A stretch of 64,000 bases of DNA from Bacilli bacterium (GTDB taxonomy: Bacteria > Bacillota_I > Bacilli_A > RF39 > UBA660). Shown here piece by piece: positions 40,726 to 48,644 of the stretch. Every line of letters starts with the position of its first letter. The first letter of the stretch is position 1. The stretch lies in the NCBI GenBank assembly GCA_017484125.1, contig JAFUTV010000002.1, positions 737-64,736 of the forward strand. The letters are read 5' to 3'. The translations under genes and the position numbers were made by a program. A model generated the notes under the pieces. The model searched no databases. It saw only the letters and a program-made list of their open reading frames with translations, and was not told the DNA's origin.

Positions 40726-41646
40726 ATGGGAAAGAAGATTGCAAATAAAATTAAAGGAAATTTTAAATATTATTATGGTACATACTTTGGAAAATATAAT
40801 GGATATGACATTTCCATAAGATATGATTATGCATCAATGTTATATAATATTTATTTTAATGTTAAAGGTTCAACAAATATAGATAAATTAAATAAACTTT
40901 TATCTAAAATTGATGAATATGCTGTAGCTAAATATAATAATAATAATTTAACTATAACAGAAGCTTGTGATTCCTCAAAAGATATACCAAACCTTGCAAA
41001 TAATATCTTAGATGAAGTTACTACTTATTTAGGAAAAAACAAATATAAAAATTTATGTAAAATGTGCGGTGAGGAAAGCGAAACTTTCCTAGTAGATATT
41101 GATGGAAATGTTATGTATGCTTGCGATAAATGCATCAGAAAAACATCTGAAAAATATGAAAAAGAATTAGAAGAAAAAAATAGTATTAAAGAAGACATCT
41201 TTTTAGGAATTATAGGTGCTATTGTAGGATGTATACCTGGATTAATAATATGGTTTATACTAAGTTATTTAAGAATAGATCCAACTGTTATAGGTTTAAT
41301 AATAATGTTAGGTAGTGCATATTTTTATAGATGGTTTGCTAATTCTATGAAATTACCTGGTCTTATCATTTCTCTACTAATAGGATTTGTAGCTATAATA
41401 TTTGCAAATGAAATAACCAATGCATATGCTTTATATACTGATTATGTTAATCAATATAATATAAATATATTTGATGCTTATAAAGCGATGCCTTATTATT
41501 TAGGTAATAATGAACTATTTAGAAGTAGTTATAATCAAAGTTTAACATTATCTATTATGTTTGGAATATTTGGTGGTTTAACTAACCTTGGTGTATACAG
41601 AAGGTATATTGCAAATAATAAAATAAAAAAATTGGAGGTTAAATAA
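40726..41646 (+). CDS. Membrane protein with CxxC..CxxC zinc finger and 4 TM
   Basis: CKMCG..CDKC followed by GIIGAIVG TM region. Confidence 0.7.
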   Translation: MGKKIANKIKGNFKYYYGTYFGKYNGYDISIRYDYASMLYNIYFNVKGSTNIDKLNKLLSKIDEYAVAKYNNNNLTITEACDSSKDIPNLANNILDEVTTYLGKNKYKNLCKMCGEESETFLVDIDGNVMYACDKCIRKTSEKYEKELEEKNSIKEDIFLGIIGAIVGCIPGLIIWFILSYLRIDPTVIGLIIMLGSAYFYRWFANSMKLPGLIISLLIGFVAIIFANEITNAYALYTDYVNQYNINIFDAYKAMPYYLGNNELFRSSYNQSLTLSIMFGIFGGLTNLGVYRRYIANNKIKKLEVK

Positions 41647-42209
41647 TGAAAAATATTAAGAAAAGTATTATTTTAACATCTAGTTTATTTCTTCTTTCAG
41701 GTTGTGCCCTACCATTTCAATCTAATAAATATCCAGCATGGACAACTAAAGGATTACTTGAGTCATATACATTAGTTGATGGAAGAACTGTTGATGGTTG
41801 GATGGGTCTTGAAGTTGGTACTAAAGTATCAGCTAAATGGTATGATTTCACAGTAAACAATATTGAAGAACTTAGTGAATATAGTAATTATAAAGCAAGT
41901 AATGATAAAAAACTTATTCATGCAACAATTACTATTACTAATACAAGTGACAAAGATGTATACATTTTTGATGGTGATTTTGCACTTGTTTGGAATTTAG
42001 ATAGCGAAGAAAGAAAATATGTTACATCAATGGATGCATTTACTGATACTATGTTAAAAAATGAAACTGTAATAAAAGTTGGTGAAACAAAAACAATTGA
42101 TACTGTCTACGAAATAGATAAAAATATTGAGAAGCCAATGGCAATATACTACTATGAACAATATAGTGATGGTCAAAAAGGAAATAAATATTATATTTAT
42201 ATAAAATAA
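41646..42209 (+). CDS. DUF4352-like lipoprotein
   Basis: Lipobox LSGC; ITITNTSD..F.L..GETKT..VYEI. Confidence 0.7.
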   Translation: MKNIKKSIILTSSLFLLSGCALPFQSNKYPAWTTKGLLESYTLVDGRTVDGWMGLEVGTKVSAKWYDFTVNNIEELSEYSNYKASNDKKLIHATITITNTSDKDVYIFDGDFALVWNLDSEERKYVTSMDAFTDTMLKNETVIKVGETKTIDTVYEIDKNIEKPMAIYYYEQYSDGQKGNKYYIYIK

Positions 42210-42235
42210 AAATACAGAACTAATCTGTATTTTTT
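42208..42235. terminator. Bidirectional terminator
   Basis: AAAAATACAGA-ACTAA-TCTGTATTTTT. Confidence 0.7.
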
Positions 42236-43460
42236 ATTTATCTAATAAATTTTTTATTGCACTAATTAATCCTAACTTTCCATAAGTATAAGTTAATGCT
42301 CCTTGTTGATATGCTATATATGGTTCCCTTATTGGCCCATCGCATGATAGTTCAATAGAAGATCCTTGTGTAAATGTTCCAGCAGCCATTATGACTTGAT
42401 CTTTATATCCTGGCATATCCCAAGGAAGAGGTGTAACATTACTATCTATTGGTGAACCAAATTGAATACCTTGGGTATATTTAATCAATTTATCTGGATC
42501 TCTAAAAATTATATTTTGAACAATATCAACTCGTTCATCATTATATTTAGGACTAACTTCATATCCTAGTTTTTCTAACACATATGATGTAAGTATTGCT
42601 GTTTTAAGAGCTGATGCAACAACACTAGGTGCTAAAAATAAACCTTGATATAAATTTCTATTAATTCCCAAAGTTGGTCCAACTTCCCTACCTTCACCTG
42701 GTAAGGTTAATCTTTCACCAACTAATTCAATTAATTCATGTTTGCCAACAACATATGCACCATTTGGAGCAATTCCTCCACCTAAATTTTTTATTAGAGA
42801 ACCTACTACAATATCAGCTCCTACTTCGATTGGATTAATTCTTTCTGTAAATTCACAGTAACAATTATCAATCATTATAATAGTATCTTTGCTTACTTCT
42901 TTTACTAACTTAACTACTTTTTCTATTTTTTTAATATTTATTGATTCTCTAGTTGAGTAACCCTTGCTCCTTTGAATTTCAATTAGTTTTACTTTATTGT
43001 TACTTAAAAATTCTTTAATTTTATCATAATCAAAATCATTATCAATTAAATCTATTTGCTCATAATTAATATTAAATGATTTCAAAGAAGATGGATTGTC
43101 AACTATTCCAATAACTTCATGCAAAGTATCATAAGGAAGGCCAGAAACACTAAGTAAAGTATCTCCTGGTCTTAAAAGAGCAAATAATGTAGTTGATAAA
43201 GCATGCGATCCTGATACAAATTGATTGCGAACTAGTGCGTCCTCACTTTTAAATATTTCAGTAAAAATCTTTTCTAGTGTTTCTCTACCTAAGTCATTAT
43301 AACCATAACCAGTAGTTGAGTTAAAACAACTTTCAGATACATTATTATTTTTAAAAGCATCTATTACTTTTTTACTATAGAAAAACTCGAGTTCATCTAT
43401 ATTTTTGAATTGTTTTGATAAATTTAATTCAGCTTCTTCAATTAATTTTTCAATATTCAT
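42234..43460 (-). CDS. PLP-dependent methionine gamma-lyase family protein (YnbB/aluminium-resistance type)
   Basis: GYGYNDLGR, VSGSHA, DNCY.EF, GSLIKNLGGG, MAAGTFTQGSSIELSCDGP. Confidence 0.92.
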   Translation of the reverse strand: MNIEKLIEEAELNLSKQFKNIDELEFFYSKKVIDAFKNNNVSESCFNSTTGYGYNDLGRETLEKIFTEIFKSEDALVRNQFVSGSHALSTTLFALLRPGDTLLSVSGLPYDTLHEVIGIVDNPSSLKSFNINYEQIDLIDNDFDYDKIKEFLSNNKVKLIEIQRSKGYSTRESINIKKIEKVVKLVKEVSKDTIIMIDNCYCEFTERINPIEVGADIVVGSLIKNLGGGIAPNGAYVVGKHELIELVGERLTLPGEGREVGPTLGINRNLYQGLFLAPSVVASALKTAILTSYVLEKLGYEVSPKYNDERVDIVQNIIFRDPDKLIKYTQGIQFGSPIDSNVTPLPWDMPGYKDQVIMAAGTFTQGSSIELSCDGPIREPYIAYQQGALTYTYGKLGLISAIKNLLDK

Positions 43461-44179
43461 GGTCTTTCTCCACCATCTACTCTAATAATTGAATCATTGA
43501 TATATGGATGTTGCGCAACATAAAATATCGCAGTTGCAATTTCTTCAGGTTCAGCAAATCTACCAAGTAGTATTTTATCAGTTTCTCTTTTTCTAAATTC
43601 ATCAGTTAAATTTTCATTCATTTTTGTATTTACCCAACCAGGACATACAGCATTAACTCTAACATATGGTGCATACGCTTTAGCAAAATTTCTAGTTAAT
43701 GATAAAATTCCTGCCTTAGATGCATCATAGTCAATACTTTCAGGATATTGAGTATCAATTCCATTAGTCGATGAAATATTTACAATAGATCCACTCTTGT
43801 TATTTAACATTATATTACCAACATATTTAGAAACTAAGTAAGTTCCAATCAAATTTGTATTTAATGTTTTTCTAAAGTTTTCAACTGTTTGTTCATTAAA
43901 ATCAGAATCAATAGCTATACCTGCATTATTAATTAATATATCAATTGTTCCAAATGCTTGCATAATTGTATTTACCATTGACTTTACTTGTTCTTCATCT
44001 GAAATATCACATTTTATAACTAGTGATCTACCACTATATTGATTAATAGATTCCTGCAAAGCATATGCTTCATCTGCAGAAACACTATAATTAATTACAA
44101 CATCATGTCCACGAGCTGCAAATTCTTTTATAGTTGCCGCTCCAATACCCCTTGATGAACCAGTTACTAATACTACCAT
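43457..44179 (-). CDS. Short-chain dehydrogenase/reductase (FabG-like)
   Basis: TGSSRGIG, NNAG, YDASK, VNAVCPG. Confidence 0.93.
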   Translation of the reverse strand: MVVLVTGSSRGIGAATIKEFAARGHDVVINYSVSADEAYALQESINQYSGRSLVIKCDISDEEQVKSMVNTIMQAFGTIDILINNAGIAIDSDFNEQTVENFRKTLNTNLIGTYLVSKYVGNIMLNNKSGSIVNISSTNGIDTQYPESIDYDASKAGILSLTRNFAKAYAPYVRVNAVCPGWVNTKMNENLTDEFRKRETDKILLGRFAEPEEIATAIFYVAQHPYINDSIIRVDGGERP

Positions 44180-44246
44180 ATATTTACCTCACTTCTTATC
44201 TATATATTACCATTATTTTATCATAAAAAATATAATAAATAAAATG

Positions 44247-44516
44247 AAAAAATATGTTGCCTGTCAAAACAACATATTTTTAAGTGGAAGAATGAATTAT
44301 CTAATAAATTGACAGATTCATTAAATAATCTCCTACCTTTGGGGCACTTAATCCCATGTAATTACATCCTTAATAGTAGATAAGAACTTAGCATTCACGA
44401 GCCAATTATTATTTTTATTAATCAAAATCATTAATAGAAAATAATAAAAATTATTTACTCGCCCTTGTAGGATGAATCCTACAACAGCCAATATAATAAT
44501 TACTCTCTATTAAGTA
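44247..44516 (-). ncRNA. Candidate structured non-coding RNA, about 270 nt, family unknown
   Basis: Own TTGACA-17-TATTAT promoter, several stems, closing terminator hairpin, no substantial ORF. Confidence 0.55.
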
Positions 44517-44521
44517 ATTAT

Positions 44522-44550
44522 ATAATACTATAATTATATGTAATTGTCAA
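44522..44550 (-). promoter_or_regulatory. Sigma-A promoter of candidate ncRNA
   Basis: Minus-strand TTGACA (44550-44545), 17 nt, TATTAT (44527-44522). Confidence 0.65.
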
Positions 44551-44586
44551 TAATCATGAAATAATATGTATGTAAATTAGACATTT

Positions 44587-45090
44587 TTATCTAATATAAC
44601 CATTAGTTACATATTTAGTTTCACTAACAGTAATAAAGGCATCATTATCATATTTTTTTAATAGACTAATAAGGTTATCAACTCTTTTTTTGTTAACTTC
44701 AATTATTAACATTTTTTTATCATTTCCATCTAATGTTAATGATGATACTCCAAATCCTGCTTTTTTTATGTTATTTATTTCATTATTATTAACTTTTGAA
44801 GAAATTACTTGAACACCTACGCTGCCTTTAATAAATTTTTTGCTTAAATAAGATCCTACCAATGTTCCTATAGCATATCCTAAAGAATAAAATATAGCAA
44901 CTATTATGCTTAAATTAGCACTAGTAAGAGCCTCCCTAGCCACTAAAAACCATATTAGTATTTCAAAAAAAGCCAAAATAACGGCTTTTAATGTTTTATC
45001 TTTTACTAATTCAATTGTTCTAATAACACCTATTGAAACATCTAATATTCTGGCAAAAAATATTTCAATACAAAGTAGTGCTACATTCAT
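44587..45090 (-). CDS. DUF5698/DUF2179 (YebE-like) membrane protein
   Basis: IFFARILDVS..R, FFEILIW, GYAIG..G, D.DAFI. Confidence 0.85.
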   Translation of the reverse strand: MNVALLCIEIFFARILDVSIGVIRTIELVKDKTLKAVILAFFEILIWFLVAREALTSANLSIIVAIFYSLGYAIGTLVGSYLSKKFIKGSVGVQVISSKVNNNEINNIKKAGFGVSSLTLDGNDKKMLIIEVNKKRVDNLISLLKKYDNDAFITVSETKYVTNGYIR

Positions 45091-45095
45091 TTTTA

Positions 45096-45365
45096 TCACC
45101 CATTTAATAATATGGCTATTAAAATAACTATTAGTACTATAGCTATAATTACTATAATAGCCCCTATATTAATATGTTCTTCATTTTCTTCAATTTTATA
45201 CTTTAATTTTTCTTCATTTAGTTTATTTAATCTTTGCATATATGGATTATTATAACCGTTTAGTTCTTTTCTTCTTTTTAATTGTTCTTCACTCATTAGC
45301 ATACCACAATGAGGACAAATTGGTGAATTATTAGAAAGGGCATGACCACAGTGTTTACATTTCAA
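45096..45365 (-). CDS. Zinc-ribbon protein with C-terminal TM
   Basis: CKHCG..CPHCG; probable TTG start at 45365 after GGTGA RBS. Confidence 0.7.
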   Translation of the reverse strand: MKCKHCGHALSNNSPICPHCGMLMSEEQLKRRKELNGYNNPYMQRLNKLNEEKLKYKIEENEEHINIGAIIVIIAIVLIVILIAILLNG

Positions 45366-45366
45366 T

Positions 45367-45882
45367 TTAATCACCACTTTCTTCAATAAAGTTACTAGAT
45401 TTATGAGGTTCATCTCTTAAAAGATCTAAATAATCTTGTTGTCTTAATGCTTCATATATCATTATAGCAACAGCATTAGATACATTTAATGCTCTAACTT
45501 TATCTGTCATAGGAATTCTCATGCACTTATCTATGTATGGTTTTAAAATATTTGTAGGAATTCCTGTTGATTCCTTTCCAAAGAAAAAATAAATATTTTC
45601 TTCTTTATTAGAATAATCAAATGATGTATGTGGTTTATGACCATATCTAGTTAAAAAATAATAAGTACCTTTATTTTTTGAAAAAAACTCATCTATATTT
45701 TCATATACTTCATATTCACAATATTTAATATAATTAACTCCACTTCTTTTTATATATTTTTCATCTAATGAAAAACCTAATGGCTTTATTAAATGGAGTT
45801 TACTATGAGTAGCAACACATGTTCTCATTATATTACCTGTATTTTGTGGTATTTCTGGTTCAAATAAAACTATGTTTAACAT
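45367..45882 (-). CDS. trmL: tRNA (cytidine/uridine-34-2'-O)-methyltransferase
   Basis: VLFEPEIPQNTGNI.R, FGKESTG, RIPM..RALNVSN. Confidence 0.93.
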   Translation of the reverse strand: MLNIVLFEPEIPQNTGNIMRTCVATHSKLHLIKPLGFSLDEKYIKRSGVNYIKYCEYEVYENIDEFFSKNKGTYYFLTRYGHKPHTSFDYSNKEENIYFFFGKESTGIPTNILKPYIDKCMRIPMTDKVRALNVSNAVAIMIYEALRQQDYLDLLRDEPHKSSNFIEESGD

Positions 45883-45915
45883 AAAACCTCCTAGTAAAAT
45901 AAAGAAATAGTTAAA

Positions 45916-46806
45916 CTATTTCTTTGTTTTAAAATTATTTATATCAAGAAGATTTTGAAAATCACCTATGGTAATTAAATTATTATCTTCTCTTGTAATT
46001 ATATTTTCTCTTCTAACGATATTATCATTATTTACATAAATAATTGTAGGTAACTTAGTTACTAGCACATCAGTATATCCTAAATATTTATTAGTTAATT
46101 CTAAACGATTATCATAATCTTTAATAGCATCTAAACTTACATAATAAAATTTATCTTTTAATCCATATTTATCTATTACATTTTCTAATTCTTTTTCAAA
46201 CGTATTAATTAACGAATTATTAGAGTAAGATAAATATATAAAATAATTCCCATTAAAATTACTAAACTTTGTTCTAGCATCTCTAATATCTATAATATTA
46301 CTTTCTTTTAATACTTGTTTTGATACTATATAAGAATCAGTATCTACTTTATTAGGTTTAGCATTAATTAATGAATCAATAAATCCAATAACTAATAACA
46401 CAATTATTATTGTATAAGTCATTATAATAATACTTCTTAATACTAAATCTTTATTTGTGTTAGATTCTTCAACTTTAACTTCTGGAGCTATTTCTTTAGC
46501 AACACTACTTTCAATTATTCTTGAAGTAGTTACTTCTTTTGGTTCAGCTATAGTTTCCTTTTTTTTGACAACCTTTTTTGATGTTGTTTTCTTTGCTGGT
46601 GCTTTTACACTTGCAGTCTTTTTCGCTGAAGACTTAGCAACAGTTTTAGTTGTTGGTTTAGTTGTCACTTTTTTAGTAGTTGTTTTTTTTGCAGCTGTAG
46701 CAGTTTTTGTAACAACTCTTTTTGCAGCACTAGTTTTTGTAGTGCTTGCTTTCTTTGCAGTTTCTTTCTTCACACTTGTTTTTTTTGCTTTACTTTCTTC
46801 CTTCAT
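45916..46806 (-). CDS. Membrane protein with Lys/Thr/Ala-rich N-terminus and thioredoxin-like outer domain lacking CxxC
   Basis: KKTT/AKK low-complexity region, one TM, YFIYLSY..LPTIIYV. Confidence 0.6.
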   Translation of the reverse strand: MKEESKAKKTSVKKETAKKASTTKTSAAKRVVTKTATAAKKTTTKKVTTKPTTKTVAKSSAKKTASVKAPAKKTTSKKVVKKKETIAEPKEVTTSRIIESSVAKEIAPEVKVEESNTNKDLVLRSIIIMTYTIIIVLLVIGFIDSLINAKPNKVDTDSYIVSKQVLKESNIIDIRDARTKFSNFNGNYFIYLSYSNNSLINTFEKELENVIDKYGLKDKFYYVSLDAIKDYDNRLELTNKYLGYTDVLVTKLPTIIYVNNDNIVRRENIITREDNNLITIGDFQNLLDINNFKTKK

Positions 46807-46931
46807 TTTCAACCCTTACTTTCTTATGTTTATTTTATCATAACAAATAAAAAAAGTACAATAAAAAATAGGTAAAAGAACTAGGTACATTTATCTAATA
46901 AACATATTTTAATAAAGAAAGGATGATATGT

Positions 46932-47387
46932 ATGTTATTTGATAATGGATTTGATGTAGATTTATATATGAAAAATATTAGTAATCTTAAAAATAATGAT
47001 TATTTATATAATAATGATAATTCAAATAAAATAGTTAGTGATAAAATAGGTCTTCAAAAAGGAAATATGTTTAAGGATGAGTATCTATCATATAAGGGAA
47101 TATCACCAGATATAATTGAAGCAAAAACAGAAAAAGATGCATTAATGTTAAAAATATATGAAACATGTTTTGCAATTACTGACTTAGGATTATATTTAGA
47201 TTTACATCCAAATGATTCTTATATGTATGAAGTATATCAAAATTATGTAAGTAATTTTGAAAAATGCAAAGATATGTTTGAAAAAAACTATGGCCCTATT
47301 AATAATACATTTGTTGATAGTAGTAATTATGAATGGATTAAAAATCCATGGCCATGGGATAAAGATGGAGGTACTAAATATGTTTAA
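46932..47387 (+). CDS. cotJB: Spore coat protein CotJB-like, N-terminally extended
   Basis: FAITDLGLYLDLHP..YGP..W...PWPW; N-terminal GLQKGNMF resembles CotJA. Confidence 0.85.
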   Translation: MLFDNGFDVDLYMKNISNLKNNDYLYNNDNSNKIVSDKIGLQKGNMFKDEYLSYKGISPDIIEAKTEKDALMLKIYETCFAITDLGLYLDLHPNDSYMYEVYQNYVSNFEKCKDMFEKNYGPINNTFVDSSNYEWIKNPWPWDKDGGTKYV

Positions 47388-47940
47388 ATATGAAAAAAAG
47401 TTAGAGTATCCAGTAAACATCACTAAAAAAAATTTAGAAATGGCTAAGTATATATTAACTGGTCTTGGAGGTTCGGCAGGTGAACTTGCTGCAGCAACAA
47501 GATATTATATTCAAAGTTTTTCAATGCCAGATGAAAGAGGCAAAGCTCTACTTATTGATATAGCAACTGAAGAGCTTGCTCATGTTGAAATTATTTCTAC
47601 AATGTTTAGACAATTAGTTAAGGATGCTACACCAGAAGAATTAAAATCATATAATTTAGGAGACTATTATACCGAACATGGTAAAGGTGTTTATCCAGTA
47701 AATGCAAGTGGCATGCCATTTACTGCAACATATATTCAATCAACAGGAAATCCTGTAGTTGATCTTGCTGAAGATATGGCTGCTGAAGAAAAAGCAAGAG
47801 CATCTTATGAAAGTCTGATTGATTTAACAGATAATCCTGAAATACTAAATCCACTGCTATTTTTAAGACAAAGAGAAGTTGTTCATTATAATAGATTTAA
47901 AGAATTATATGAAGATTATAAAAATAAATATAAATTATAA
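47380..47940 (+). CDS. cotJC: Manganese catalase family protein CotJC
   Basis: MFKYEKKLEYPV, GELAA..RY, DIATEELAH, EDMAAEEKAR, RQREVVH; GGAGG RBS before ATG 47380. Confidence 0.92.
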   Translation: MFKYEKKLEYPVNITKKNLEMAKYILTGLGGSAGELAAATRYYIQSFSMPDERGKALLIDIATEELAHVEIISTMFRQLVKDATPEELKSYNLGDYYTEHGKGVYPVNASGMPFTATYIQSTGNPVVDLAEDMAAEEKARASYESLIDLTDNPEILNPLLFLRQREVVHYNRFKELYEDYKNKYKL

Positions 47941-47962
47941 AAAATCGATTATATCGATTTTT
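47939..47962. terminator. Bidirectional terminator
   Basis: AAAAAATCGAT-TAT-ATCGATTTTT. Confidence 0.65.
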
Positions 47963-48599
47963 TAATTTTTTTTATTGCATCAATTGGCTTTTTATATGTT
48001 AATCTTTTTGATAGTTCATTACTTAAAGACAAATTATTTCTTAAATCTATATTAAATATTTTTAATATTGCTAAGTAATAATCTTCATCATATTTTTTAC
48101 AACAGTTAACATATAAATTTTTTATATAGCTTAATAATCTAATTTTATTACCTAATACAAAATCTTCATAAGATCTTTTATTATCTATTTGATATGAATC
48201 TGGATCAATTATAACAATATTATCTTTTTGAGTAATCATGTTAAAAGCATGTGTATCACACATTAATATTTTTGATTGATTAAAAATATCTACTAGTTTT
48301 TCTAAATCTCTTAAATTATCTAAAGTATAAGAAGTATCCTTTTCTGTAATTTTAATATCATCAGATTTAACATATTTATATGTATATCCTACAACATAAT
48401 CATTAATAATACGAATTTTTAATAAACTAAGAAAATTTTTATGGTTTATTTCTTTTAAAATATCAAATAATTCTTTATCCACTTTCATACTAATTGGTGT
48501 ATCAACAAAATATTTTTTATATACTATATTATTTTTCTTTTTAATTGAAGCAGTAGTTCCTCTAGAAAATTCTTTATAAAATAATTCCACTGTTATCAC
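47949..48599 (-). CDS. Minimal protein-kinase-like fold protein
   Basis: SRGTTASI (Gly-loop-like), VYKK, CDTHAFN (catalytic-loop-like), IIDPD. Confidence 0.6.
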   Translation of the reverse strand: MITVELFYKEFSRGTTASIKKKNNIVYKKYFVDTPISMKVDKELFDILKEINHKNFLSLLKIRIINDYVVGYTYKYVKSDDIKITEKDTSYTLDNLRDLEKLVDIFNQSKILMCDTHAFNMITQKDNIVIIDPDSYQIDNKRSYEDFVLGNKIRLLSYIKNLYVNCCKKYDEDYYLAILKIFNIDLRNNLSLSNELSKRLTYKKPIDAIKKIKKSI

Positions 48600-48644
48600 T
48601 CACTTAAAATATGAAAGGTATTATATCATTCTATACAAATTGTG

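Noticed and set aside
44348-44431. 27-aa minus-strand ORF (MILINKNNNW...) inside the candidate ncRNA
   Set aside because: No SD, start buried in a long stem, not hydrophobic like a type I toxin.
44247-44516. RNase P RNA, tmRNA or SRP RNA
   Set aside because: No GAGGAAAGUCC, no tRNA-like ends with T-loop, no SRP GGAA/AGCAG domain IV motif on either strand.
46457-46843. 128-aa hydrophobic plus-strand ORF
   Set aside because: Antisense shadow of the Lys/Thr/Ala-rich region of the minus-strand gene.
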